A stretch of DNA of 64,000 nt from Amoeboaphelidium protococcarum X5 (Eukaryota > Fungi > Aphelidiomycota): NCBI GenBank assembly GCA_023515725.1, contig JALDTO010000158.1, forward strand, positions 248,001-312,000, read 5' to 3'. Made by a program: the position numbers and the translations under genes. Positions 50,653 through 63,567 of the stretch are shown one piece after another. The notes under the pieces were generated by a model. The model ran no database searches. It saw only the letters and a program-made list of their open reading frames with translations, and was not told the DNA's origin. Every line of letters begins with the position of its first letter. The first letter of the stretch is position 1.

Positions 50653-53600
50653 TCAGTCATCCATGTCTTCACGTTCAGCAGGCTTTAGAATACCAGACAC
50701 TTGCTGGGCTGCCTACATCTCTGCAGCCTTCTTCTTCTGCAACTCCAACTCACGCTCCTCCAGGAACAACTCTTCATTATCATCAGCCGCCTGGAACTCT
50801 TTCAACTTCACCAAGAAATCTCTCAGATGCTACTTGAACGTCTCACTATCACCCTTCAAGTCAAATAAGCCATTCACAAATATCTTGATCTGTCCTGGTT
50901 GCAGGTTCGGAAAGGCATTCTGTAGCAATTGCATCATATACTCGCGCACAAATGCAGAATTAGAAGTATTAGGATCAGAAACCTATCCAGGTTGGTACAG
51001 TGGTTAAGTAATAGAGTTTGAGTCCACCACTGTGCACAATTGCTGCAGTATCTGAGCCTAGTACTTGAATCCAGACTTGTGTTCACGATCAGTCAACACA
51101 TAGAATACATCTTGAAATATAGGTAGATAGTAGCTGCGATAGAAAGCACTAGAAATACTAGAATCCAACTTTGACACATTGTTCAAGAGTTCCAGCATAA
51201 TCTAAAGGCCCATGTCAGCAATATCGCGCATAGTATGTCTAAATCCCCAAATGATGGCATTCAGCACAAGACGGAACAAGTTTGGTGGTAGATTGAGCAG
51301 GGCGATGAAGCAGTTCTAATTGATGGCCCTGATCATATTGTAGAAAGCCACTCTGTGCTCCGGATACTCTTAAAAATCCTTGTCAATCATGTGCAGCGTG
51401 GATTCAAATAGAGATTCCAGCAAGACTGGCACCTTGTCAGTCATTAGAGGTCCAAGCTTTTATACACATGTGGCCATCAGAGCCAGGACTTCAGATTCTC
51501 TGGCCGGTTCAACATTGCGAGCATAATCAGTCAACACTGCCTCGAGAAGTGGTGGAATCAGATTATCCATCACCACCTGCAAATCTTCAGCCTTCTAAAT
51601 GTAAGTTGAAATAAGTTTAAGTACCTCCTTCTTAATCGTGCGATATCCCCTAACTTATGGAGTCTTGGTCTATAAGACACCACCCTGGGCGACTGCTCTT
51701 GAGATCAGCTCAGACACGGCACGATACAGATTCAGCATATCCATGTAGATCTTGGCCATCTGGGAAATGAAAGGACTACCAATAGATGAACATGCGGCAA
51801 CATTTGTCTTGAGAATATTGGCCAGCTACTTGACTTGATCCGGATGATTCAAGATATCTGGATTAGCATTCGCCTGAGCCATAACCTCTTCCCAAGCCAC
51901 ATTAGGTCCCTCCATCAGCTTGGCAATCAACTGCTCCTGAGTCTACCTGTTCGTCTGTGAAGCTATAATACATCCAGTGGCATCGTAAAAGGTGTGGACT
52001 TGAGACGGCTACAGGTCGGATATAATGTCGGGAATAGTGTCCAGGATTTCATTGATAAACGGCTGAATTTCATTCGGCTGCATAATGACAAACTATCGCT
52101 TGCACTTTTGTGCAATCTTGATATACGTATCGCACGCCATATCCTGTACACCTTCATGCAGCTCATGCATAAACTCAAACAGCTTCAGCACAACAGTCTT
52201 GAGAAACTTCCAATGAGAACGCAGAAATCTTGGATACTAGCCGACAATGTACATGATATTAGATGCCACCACAGCCTTGTTGTCTTTACCACGCACAGAT
52301 TCAGTATGACCAAGCAGGTCTTTGATGACAAACACAATGAATCTCTTCTCATGATCTTCTGACATTGCACCACTGATAGATCCAATGGCCCAGCAGAGCT
52401 TGTTCAAATTAGACCATGACCACTCGGTGCGATCAATCTATTTGGCCAATTTCTCAGACATAATCTACTCAGTGTTATCCGGATCTAAATGCGTCAGGTA
52501 CACTAAAACTTCGCGCATACTCTTATATAGAGTGATAGTATCAGTCTCCTTCACAAATTCTCTCACGATTTCACCTTCATCATTCTCCACAATCAGCACC
52601 TCTTCTGGACGCACCATAGACTCGATCATAACAACTCTCAGCTGTGGCAATATGTCACTGTATAACAACTTTCTCTCCGGCTACTTGCTGTTCAGAACTA
52701 ATCCGGAAGCATTATTCAATGAAGAAGGCAATTCATTGTATAAACCACTAACCAACTTGGACCAGTATTCTAAACACACTTTAAACACCTCACGATCCTC
52801 CACTTTGGAAATCTTCAGCAAGTACAAATGACCAAGCAGAAGTGGTTGCTTGTTATCCTATCTCTCCAGAAGCTTTACATGAACACTGAGGAATGATGAG
52901 AAGAACAGCGCAATGTTCTGAATAAACTCTTGCTCTTCATCAGATCCATTCTCATAAGGACCTGCGAAATCCAGGTGGGGGTTCATTGGAATCTGAATAG
53001 ATAGAGCTTCAACCACACCATTGTATAACTCAATCAATCTCTGCTCATAGTCACTCTTCACCTCGAGGCATCCAATTTCAGTCAGGCACTTTAACGTGTA
53101 ATTTCTAAAAGCCGCCACCTGCAGAAATCGACCAACCAACATACTTATCAGATTAGTCTCAAACACAAAAGCCAGCGGAATCCAGTTGAGAAATCTAAGC
53201 AAAGTCTACAAAGTCGCCTGTATTAGTGATGGCTTCTGCGCCTTCTACAGAACTTCATCGCACAACTCGAAAATCTTCATAAACTCTCCATTCAACTGAT
53301 CCTTCATCGTACGTGCCTTGACACTAGTCATTTATTCAGCACTGAAATCGAAAATCTCTTCACTTAACAACTTGAGAATGACCATGTTGTTCTCACATAG
53401 CGTCAGACTTGTTCGCGAAGAGTCCACAATCTCAGAGATGAAATTGGGCCACTGCTTTGGCCATTCATGCTTAAGAATCTGCACAAGAACCAGATTCAAT
53501 TTGTTCAAATAAACACGCTCCTTCACAAACAGCTGTTCATCACTTGCAATCTTGATGATCGTTCCAACAATAAAATCTCTTATACCAGTACACTGTTCAC

Positions 53601-53913
53601 GCGGCAGAACTTTCCATCTGGTGGAAATCAACTTTTCAAGCACTTGCAACCCAATATACTACATTCATTTACAATAAGAGATGATTATGATTAACTGATA
53701 CATATTACATATTTAGCTTACCTTGGCTTGTACAGATTGTGCCTGGGTGAGTATAACATCAGCTCTGGTCCATGCGTCAGGATGCTCCTGAAATTGGGCA
53801 ATGATAGTCTGGGCCATCTTTTGATCATTTCCATGACCACCATAGAAAGTGTTAACAACTTGGTCAAAGAGTTGCACGTTAAAGTCTCTCGAAAAATCCA
53901 GTATAGCATCCAT
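50653..53913 (-). CDS. CRM1: Exportin-1; intron 53659-53721
   Basis: [73 protein letters not shown]; 1065 aa. Confidence 0.97.
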
Positions 53914-54095
53914 ATTGTTAACAGAATTAGGCTAAGATAGCATATACAGACGTTTTATATGACTTATGAATAGAAATTCTTTTGGTGGCACAATTGGAAA
54001 AGAAGAGGAAGGAATGAAATTACGCGCACGACTCTCTTCCTTTCTTTGAGAGAAACTGGCAGGATTCACATTTAAGCGAACAGACGGAGTGAATA

Positions 54096-54121
54096 AGAGA
54101 GAGAGAGAGAGAGAGAGAGAG
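54096..54121 (+). repeat. (GA)n microsatellite in the CRM1/uL10m divergent promoter
   Basis: Continuous GA dinucleotide run read directly. Confidence 0.85.
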
Positions 54122-54275
54122 CTGTACAGTGAGGGGAAACCAAAGCTTTCTAAACGCGCGAACGAACAAGAAGAGAGATCAAGGGAGATTGGTCCAATCA
54201 TTGTTCAGAGAATCAAAATCTTTAAATCCAAAACACCTAATTAGATACGCGTCGTTTCACTTGCAGATACCCAAA

Positions 54276-55004
54276 ATGGCAATTAGTAAATTGAAAAAGG
54301 CTGCAAAAGGGAAGTTCTCTGTGCCGCTGCCTAGGAACAAGTTTAGTCCTATTCAGTATGATGCCGTATCCTTTGAGAGAAACAAGTCACTCCGAAGATT
54401 GGATTAACGTGATCTGTATCTGCAATAGCACTATGCCAATGTTCTGTCTAATTCAGATGTGATACTATTCTATCATGGCAGTCAGTTGGATCCACAATAG
54501 TAGTAAAAGTACCGCACTCTGTGTAAAGCTAAGCAGATTAGACTGGAATTTTTGAATCGACGCGTCATGTCTGGTGTCATTCTAACGTATCCAAAGTATC
54601 AGAATCTATTGCCTCTTCTGAGTGATTTCACATTTGCATTATATCCATATCAAGGTCAAAATGATGTTGATTCCTCTCCTCCTCCTCAGACTGGTGTATA
54701 ATAGATGCTGTAGCCTGTAGACCCGGTGCAGTTTGTTAGAGATTCGCGACAGATAATCAGTGCTAAACATGTACTTTTGGGTGGAGCAGTGGAAAATGTT
54801 CTCTTTGGTAAATAGGAATTGGAATAATTTGCTAAAATGAAAACACGTCAAGAGCTGAATGGGGAGCTTCTTGGGCTTTTATAGTCGCCAGCCTCAAACA
54901 TTACCTCCGTGCTTGGTCATTCTGCGTCTCAAATGGTTAGACTTTTGTAGCTGCGTACTGATTCTAATAATAAGCCGTCTGAATAAGATGTATCTGCTCA
55001 ATGA
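54276..55004 (+). CDS. MRPL10: Mitochondrial ribosomal protein uL10m (yeast Mrpl11-like)
   Basis: VILFYHGSQL, YQNLLPLL, HVLLGGAVENVLF, TRQELNGELLGLLQSPA; 242 aa. Confidence 0.75.
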
Positions 55005-55310
55005 AACAATACACATGTTGATCCAATAGAAAATAGTTTAAAACTTTACATGCCATTCAGTATTACACTGCATTGGATACATCATATAGTACACTGCTCC
55101 TCTCTATAATTACTGTATGTGCTCAATTCAACGCGTCTTACAGCGAGCGTTATTGATCGCAGACCGGTTTCGGTTAATTTTCCAGACGCGTTTCTTGAAA
55201 TCTTTTTTCCGCGTCTTTTCAGTCGCGTTTAGTTGAGGTTGAGCAATTTTACTTTTAACCTTAGTTGATTCTTTCATTAAGACAATTAAAAATCACGTAG
55301 ATTAATAAAA

Positions 55311-55808
55311 ATGGCACCTAAAGTAGATCCTAATGAAGTGAAAATTATTTTCCTGCGTGTCACTGGAGGTGAGGTGGCCGGTGGTAGTACCCTGGCTCCA
55401 AAGATTGGTCCTTTGGGTCTTGCACCGAAGAAAGTTGGTGAAGACATTGCAAAGGCCACCTAGAACTGGAAGGGATTGCGTATTACTGTGAAGTTGACCA
55501 TTCAGAACCGTCAGGCTGCAGTTGAAGTCGTGCCTACCGCGTCATCGCTTGTCATCAAGGCCCTGAAGGAGCCTGTACGTGACAAGAAGAAGGAGAAGAA
55601 CATCAAACACTCTGGCAACCTGTCACTGGACGATATCATTGATGTTGCGCGAAAGCTTCGCTTCAAGTCCTACGCCAAGGATCTGGCTGGAAGTGTAAAG
55701 GAAGTGCTTGGAACTGCCTTCTCTGTTGGATGCACAGTCGATGGATAGAATCCAAAGGATTTGACAGATAAAATTACCGCTGGAGAAGTTGAAATCCCAG
55801 AGGAATGA
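55311..55808 (+). CDS. RPL12: 60S ribosomal protein L12 (uL11)
   Basis: [22 protein letters not shown]...[10 protein letters not shown]...[16 protein letters not shown]; 165 aa. Confidence 0.97.
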
Positions 55809-55930
55809 TTATGCCATATCAAATACATATTGCTAATATATCTCACACATTTCACTTTTCTTGATTTCTTTACTTAGTATTGATACTCGTCGTGATACTT
55901 ATTATGAATTTACAGCGAAATGCAATAACT

Positions 55931-57540
55931 TCAATCTCTGAAATGAGCACCTTCAGGTGCAGGGATTGTCTATTAGCGCCGGTAATCTTCAAGCAGTAAT
56001 AATAATCGCGTCTTGGCAGCTTCAGTTCCTTCAGACTTTATTCTTGACATATAATCCTTGTCTATGAATTGTATCAACTTGTGAGCTTGCTAACCATAGG
56101 TGCGTAGTAATTGATGTCCACCCAACTTTAGAGCAATCTCGAGCAGATTAGGAGTAATCTTGCGAGGAGTCTAATTAAGCAGACGCGCCATATATGACCA
56201 TAAGTCTTTCAGTGATAGCTGAGCAGGATTGGAGACATTTAAAGTGAATTAAGTTGGATCTACAACTGTGATGGCTGTGAATAAAGCCACAATGCCAGCC
56301 ATTCTCTCCTGGTATTAAGCATCTGATTCCCATTTACCATCAACTTTCTTCATTCGCATCCTGGCGCGGAGATCATCATCGCCATTCTAATCTGAAGGCA
56401 GACGTTTAGCATAAGCAGGAACTACATATATACACTTTTTATACATTTTGCCAAGGAGATACTGGAGCAGGAGTGGATGTTCACAAAGCATAAGTTGAAT
56501 TAATGCAGCAAGCGGGAAAGCTTTACTCAGATTCACGCTAACTTCTCTCATGGCTTGCGTTGTGACAGCTTTAGCGAATGCTTCAAGCAGATACGGGTAC
56601 AACAAATCTGGTGACACTTGCTTAGCTTTACTGAACATATCATTCAGATCCTGATAGAATTATCTAATATGAGATTTGGAATTAACAACAGCTCCAGTTT
56701 TCACTGTAATCTGCATTCTGTATCGTCTAGCTTCATTGGCCATCTATCTATTACTGTCAATCTGCGGTTTGAGTACTTTTTTTACATTGAGCACAAAATC
56801 AAGATACTATTGATACTACTACAGCACATCGGCAGGGCCATGATAAGGCATACTCTCCATCTACTTCTCTTTCAATAATCTCTGTTGTTCAGCAGCCTCT
56901 GCTTCCTTTTACTTTATCAATTTGGCAGCTTCCTCTTCCTAACGCTTCTTCTCCTATGCCAACCTCTCCTTCTCCTTTGCCTATAACTACCTCTTTAGTT
57001 CTTAGTCTCGTTCCTGGGCCTTTTAAAGAGCTTATTTAATCAGAGCATCACGTTCCTACCTCTTCTACTTCCATTACTAATCTTCTGCCGATTACTCTGA
57101 CTTGCGATTATTATGTTTGGCAACGTTTGACCTTTACGCTTCTAACAGAAAAGACTATGGTGACCGTAAATCTGAGCGAGTACTCCCACTATGAGCCACG
57201 GTAGTGTGTCTGCGGTATTGCAAATCTAATTCTCTTAGCTTAGTGCCTAAAAGATCGTATATATCTTCTTCTTGCTTGGTAGACACCTTCTCGCTGGACA
57301 TTAGAACGCTGGACTTGACAGGTGATGATCTAGTATGTCTTGTCTAAGATCTTCTTTACCTTCGTAGTCGATGCTACTCTTCATCATCTTTCAGTTATTA
57401 ACGCAGCTTCAAAAGATCCTATTCCCACCTACAATAACACATCGATAACTACAGTGTTGATAGTTTACGAACCATCCCATTAAGAAATACCTTCCACTAT
57501 CCTCTAGAATAAAATCATCCTCATCAACAGCAAATTTCAT
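55931..57540 (-). CDS. GLE1: mRNA export factor Gle1; intron 57429-57490
   Basis: Charged coiled coil, then AFPLAAL, KKCIYVVP, YQERMAGIVALF, WSYMARLLNQTP, YGQQAHKLI, IPAPEG; the 62-nt GT..AG intron fixes the phase; 515 aa. Confidence 0.85.
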
Positions 57541-57670
57541 AGTACTCTTGTTATAAATTGGTAAATTAATAGAAATGTTAACGATGATGTGATCAAGGAT
57601 TAAACCTTTCTCTTAAGTAAGATTAAGCAAGAAATTTAAACTTCAATTTCACAAAAAATTAGTAAAGAAA

Positions 57671-58365
57671 ATGTTCACTGGCCTGGTGGAAGAGATAGGA
57701 GTGGTGCGATTAGTTAAAGAAACACCTGGAACGGGTGAGAAAACTTTGACTATACAATGTTCATTGGTTCTGGAGAAGGTAAAGCTAGGTGACTCTATTG
57801 CTGTGAACGGTGAGATTTTGAAACACATTGCATTGTAGTCGCTGATTACTTTCTCTATTGAACATACGCGTTACGTGTAGGTACCTGCCTGACTGTGACA
57901 AATTTCACTGGGGAATCGTTCGATGTTGTGGCCAGTTTGGAGACGCTGAGGAGGACTAATCTGGGCCAGCTGGTGGAAGGATCACGCGTCAATTTGGAAC
58001 GATCAATGAGTGCCGATGCTAGATTTGGCGGACATATTGTGCAAGGACACGTTGATGCTACGGTTGAGCTGGTGGATAGGCGCGATGACGGTTAAGCTCT
58101 GTGGATGACGTTCTAATTCTCAACTGAATCTTGGTTGAGTTTGGTGGTTGACAAGGGATATGTATCGCTGGATGGAATTTCGCTCACTGTCTGCAGCATT
58201 GATGACGTCAAGCGCCAATTTTCAATCATGCTGATCCCTTACACTCAGACAAATGTTGCATTGAGCTAGAAGCAAGTAGGCGAGTTGATCAACTTTGAAG
58301 CTGATATCACAGGAAAGTATATTCTGAGATCCTTAGAACTATAAAAATTATAAGCGTAAAAGTGA
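57671..58365 (+). CDS. RIB5: Riboflavin synthase; intron 57810-57880
   Basis: MFTGLVEEIG, GDSIAVNG|TCLTV, VNLERSM, FGGHIVQGHVD, KGYVSLDGISLTV; 207 aa. Confidence 0.95.
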
Positions 58366-58491
58366 ATGATATTCATCGGTTTGCAGGAAATGGATATACA
58401 ATTCTATTCCATAAATACTAATTTATCTATCATTCATCGCTCACGGATTCATTGCCATCATTAGCTCTATTTTAAAGGATTTATAGTACAA

Positions 58492-59448
58492 TCACACGGA
58501 AAACTTCTTTGGGGAAGTAGGGCTTAGTGAGAGAGGAGAGGACTCTGTGCTGACGTGCGATGGGTTGAGAGTGGCAGATCCGTCGAGATTCGGCTTTTGT
58601 GACGCCTTTGGAGTCAGCGCGTCTGGAGATTGTCCCAAAATGTCAGTGAGAACCGATCCCAGAAAGTTGTTCTTGGTGTCAATTGACAACTTAGAATCAT
58701 TGGTTGCAGCAGTAGTAGTGGTGGAGCTAGCTTCGTGCAACTTTAATGCCACGCGCCTGTCCTGAGCCTTCTCCATGATGGCTGCCATCTTCATTTTATC
58801 ATCGCCACAGCGCAATTCACACAGGGAAAGCAGAAACTAACTCACAAACTCTTCAGTCCATCTACTCTTGACAGCGATGCACATGATCAACTCCTTCACC
58901 TCCTCTACGTACCATTCACGCGTCAGATTGTGGATAAACAGGGACACAACACCTGCCTATTCACCAATCAGCAGTGTGGCCACAATATCGATAATCGCAG
59001 ACCATTCTTTGCCAAGAAGATACAAAGACATCACAGAGGTGAAAATTTCTTAATTAAGACCCTTCTCATAGAACAGCTTGATCAACAGGGATGCGACACC
59101 ATTGATATTCCATCCATCCATAAGCCAGGTGAGAGCACGCGAAATACTCTTTGCACCATCCTCCTGCTCTGCGTATTCATACACGAGCGGTTTCAAGTAG
59201 TTGCCAATGTAATCGACATTATCTTCGCTCTTGATCCAGCCGTAGAATGACGTCTTGTATCGCAAATCCATGATTTTCACTGACATATCCACACTGTTGG
59301 CATCAGTCAGGATTATTTCATGAACATCTCCCAGGTGATTCTATTTGTTAAATGCAATCTATGAAGTGGGCTACGCGTGAGTATCTTGTCTTCTAATCTG
59401 CATTGAGATTTACGAGAGCATAACATTGACATCATTAATATCACTCAT
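58492..59448 (-). CDS. Hypothetical protein, helical core with periodic Trp and a Ser/Thr-rich tail
   Basis: Track fragments 59050-59292 and 58492-58815 join in one frame from ATG 59448 to TGA; 318 aa. Confidence 0.65.
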
Positions 59449-59809
59449 ATGATTAAGGTATACACGGAAATATAAAGGATATTAATTGGTGTAGGTATAG
59501 CAATAATAAATACGACCAAGGTAAAAGATATAACTGCGAATTGTGAAAAGAAAAAGGCAAATTGATATACTTTGTGCACATCTACTAAAGAGCGATCGAA
59601 GGCAAAATGTAACTATATTTGGCATCAGTTGATCCAAATTTGGTATCACTTTATCATAATAGTCTTAGCCATGACTGGTGTCTGATCTGATTGGAGAGAT
59701 CGCCGCTGAAACACTTTGCGATTTGAAGTCGGCGCGGATATTTCGTTTTCGTCGTTTTCTACACTTTTAAACGTCATCATTAAAACACGATTATCGTTGG
59801 ATTATTATA

Positions 59810-61153
59810 ATGTTGAGATATAGATCACTTGGATTAGATAAAATCTAGTCTCATCTATAATTATGCAGCAGATATAGATTTATTAATGTGGTACGAAAGC
59901 TTAGTGCTGAAAGTCTGGCGGTGAAGAATTTAGCGTCGGAAAGTATGCAGAGCATTCCACCTAAGCTGTCATCAGTTCCGCCTTCGATGATGAACAAGGC
60001 GGCATCTAAATTTGCAGCATCGCCCCTGGTTGGATACTGGCTTTTGGGTACTTCAGTATCAGTATTTGGTATAGTCGTAGTCGGCGGTCTGACGCGTCTA
60101 ACTGAATCTGGACTGTCCATGACTGAGTGGTCTTTGGTCGGCAGTAAGCCACCATCGAGTCAGGCAGAATGGAATCAGTATTTCACCAAGTATCAGTAGA
60201 GTCCAGAGTATTAAGTTCTTAATCGCGGCATGTCTTTGGATGAATTTAAAAAGATCTTTTGGTTTGAATACATCCATCGAATGATTGGTAGAGCTATTGG
60301 GTTGTATTACATTGCAGGTGCCGCATTCTTCTTGACTTAAAGTAAGAAGTTTGGTGTATCAAGTGCGTTGAGAAATAGAATTTTGGGCATTGGAAGTCTT
60401 ATTGGGTTCCAAGGACTTCTAGGCTGGTACATGGTCAAATCTGGCTTAGATCATGATTTTGTCAAAGAGGAGCTGGACGGATATCCACGCGTAAGTCAGT
60501 ACAGATTGGCTGCACATCTCGGTAGTGCTTTTGTCATTTACTCTGCTAGTTTAGTCACGGCGTTATCAGTGCTTAGATCTAGAAATCCTGCTTAGTTACA
60601 CAAGTTAGTCAGCTCTGTTAACGATTATAAGCGAATGCGAGTAGCTACTGGCGTTACCACATGTATGGTATTCTTGACGGCGTTGTCTGGTGCTTTTGTT
60701 GCCGGTCTTGATGCTGGTTTAATTTATAACACTTTCCCCAAAATGGGTACGGAATGGGTACCTTCTGACATTGTGGATAAGAAACGATCTGTGATTAGGA
60801 ATCTATTTGAGAATCCCACCACGGTGTAGTTCAATCACAGACTTCTGGCAATGTCCACACTGACCGTACTATTGGGTACCAGTGTGTATGGAAGACGCGT
60901 ATTGTCCACTAACTTGAGCAGATTAAGGCGAGGAGGAACTTCTATTCACACAAGTGTATTGCAGTAGTTCAGCCGTCTAAGAGCGGGATATAGTGTAATG
61001 ATTGGTGTCGGTCTTGCATAGGTGACTCTGGGAATCACCACTCTATTGTGGCTTGTCCCCATTCCTTTGGCTGCTGCGCATCAAGCCGGTTCCCTCACCC
61101 TACTCACGGTCTCCCTATGGCTCCTGAATGCTTTGAAGCGTGTTCCCAAATGA
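59810..61153 (+). CDS. COX15: Heme A synthase
   Basis: VVVGGLTRLTESGLSMTEW, FWFEYIHRMIGR, GWYMVKSGL, VSQYRLAAHL, GAFVAGLDAGLIYNTFPKMG, AAAHQAG; 447 aa. Confidence 0.96.
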
Positions 61154-61592
61154 ATTTTTATAGTTGAAATTATTAATTTCTTTAAATTATAAAATCGATA
61201 ATTTTAACTTTACAACTACAATTTCACGATATGGCCCTATGTATGCGCGAAAACGAACGATAAAGTCTATTGGACAGACAGTCTCATTCGCCATTGTTTC
61301 TCTTTTTACGGTTGCAATTGTGATTGTGACAGGTCAACACGCGCGTTTTGATCGCCGTTGATAATTGCGACTAAATTTTCATCATTTTCTCAGTGACTTT
61401 TCGCGTTTCGTTAGCTAATCGCATCAACGTCACTCTGCTTGCTTGAAGGATATACTGTAGAGTGGAGGTTCTGTTGAGTCTTATTCATTAAATATATAAT
61501 CACCTGATTGTTTATATTTGCGATTGTATTTACTACCTCTCGGAAATTCAGATTGTATTTTGAAATTAGTAAAGAGAGGGAGTGAGTGAATA

Positions 61593-63359
61593 ATGATGAT
61601 GAATTAAGATTATGTGGAAATATATCAAGGTGTCTTTCATAGGCTTTCTAGTAGGATGATTAGGCGGAGGAGATGGAGTCACTTTTTTACACATCTGCTG
61701 GTGTTTGCGCTTCTGACCGTACTTATGATGTTCAGTGTGGGATATCAACCTGTTGGGCCTTTGATTATCCCAACTATGGTGCTGCTTGTTCTATTTTGTC
61801 GCAGTGCTCCGTCTATGTTGAGTGTGTGGCTTTGTGCTGTACCAGCTGTTATCTTTGGGCAGTTTCTTGCTTTTGTTGGCGCCTTCTAATTTGGTAGTCT
61901 ATGGGAGCCAGAAAGTGCTGGTTCGATGTTTGGAATTGTTCTATTGCTGTCACTGGTCAGTGGCTTATTCTTTAGTTTAGATCGTATTATTGCCAATACT
62001 GTTCGTGCGCATCATCCCTGGATTGAAGTGTTTCTCACCTTTCCCATGTTATGGTGCGCGTTATGGACTATAGTGGCACATGTGAGTCCATTTGGAGTCT
62101 TTGGGAATCAGGGATATGCCTTGTACTTGCTCGGCGTAGATCCACTGACTGTGGGCACTACCTGGTGGTTTGGTGCGTATGGAGGCGGAAGTTTCATTAT
62201 TGCTCTCATTGTGTCTAGTCTGATATATTTATTCAAGGTACAGATCATGTCGCGTGATCGTGTTCTTGGCTATGAGCCTATTGGTGGCGCTGGATAGTAA
62301 GTGTTTAGTAGAAGGCCTTATATAAGTCATCCTATGTACTGGGTGCTATATCTGCTCGTATTTCTGTATTCATTCGGGTGGATTTACCAGTATTATGCAC
62401 CTTCCAATGTCATGTATTAGAAGCCACTGTCAGAATATGCTCCTCAATACCTAGATGTCACCTGTATGTCCAAGTACAATAGAAGTTATTTGGAAAATTA
62501 TCTTGGCGCGCGTCAGCAGATATAGTAAAATGTTGCTACTGATCATCTAGTAATGTGGGCATTTGACTCTACTTAAACCACCATTGGAGATTAACCTCTA
62601 TTGAGAAACGAGTCTGACGTTTTACATGAGATTAGGAAGATTAGCGATCGTTATGGTGTGTATCTGGCTGTATCGTACACTCTATCCGCATACAAGTAGC
62701 CTAGTACTAGCAAGTTGGCTTTCGTTGTACCGTCAAAGTCCACTCTGCCACCTGGTAGTATGCTTGGCAATAGTTATGAAGATGAGGCCAGAATTGCTTT
62801 TATTTATGAAATGGCTCACCCACTTCCTTTAATTCATTAGAATTACAACAGCGGCCAGAAGTGGAGACTCCCATACTTTGATACACCATTCGGACGCGTT
62901 GGTGCCAGCATCGGTTATGATTACGATTTCTATGATATTGTACAGAGCTCTGATCACAAGGTTGATGTTATGTTGTAACCTGCAGCTGAGTTTGGCCCAT
63001 CTGTTCCAATGCACACCCAGATGAACAGGTTGACTGCCGTGTAGAATGGATTCACTCTGCTCAGATGTGCCAAGGGTGGATACTCTGGAGTTTATGACGC
63101 CTTTTACAAAGTTCAATCAGAGAAAGCTACTATCGCACATAATTTTACCATGTATGAGACTTATATGCCCATCCATCAACATCAAAGTACTGCTTATGGA
63201 GCATATAGAGATTTGCTTGGTTGGATTGCCACCGCAATGACCGGTATATGGATAATCCTGCTGGTGCTTTTAGGATTAAAGTCCAAAGGATGGTTACCTT
63301 AATCGTTGTCTCGTCAAATATTTAAACTTGAGAGATGGCTCACTTATGAGCGCTTATGA
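61593..63359 (+). CDS. Apolipoprotein N-acyltransferase (Lnt)-like membrane protein with a degenerate nitrilase domain
   Basis: Multi-TM N-terminus (SPFGVFGNQGY), CN-hydrolase scaffold (DTPFGRVGASIGYDYDF, VDVMLQPA, AVQNGFTLLRCAKGGYSGVYD), C-terminal TM; 588 aa. Confidence 0.75.
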
Positions 63360-63567
63360 TTCCCTCTATACCATTATGATACTAGAGCTTAGTAGTCATT
63401 TTATTCATTATCGCTTAAATTTCTAATAAAATGCCTTCTTATGTATCTTCGTTCTTGTTTTGCCATTGAATTTAATCGCGCGTGTCCTCCTCGCCTTGTT
63501 TTGCCAGATCACATCTCTTTCCCTTTCGGTATAAAACTGTGCTGTGTGAAAATTGCGAAAATAAAAG

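Noticed and set aside
54276-55808. uL10m next to uL11 as a bacterial operon relic
   Set aside because: The uL11 is the cytosolic eukaryotic RPL12 with its own promoter; the adjacency is probably coincidental.
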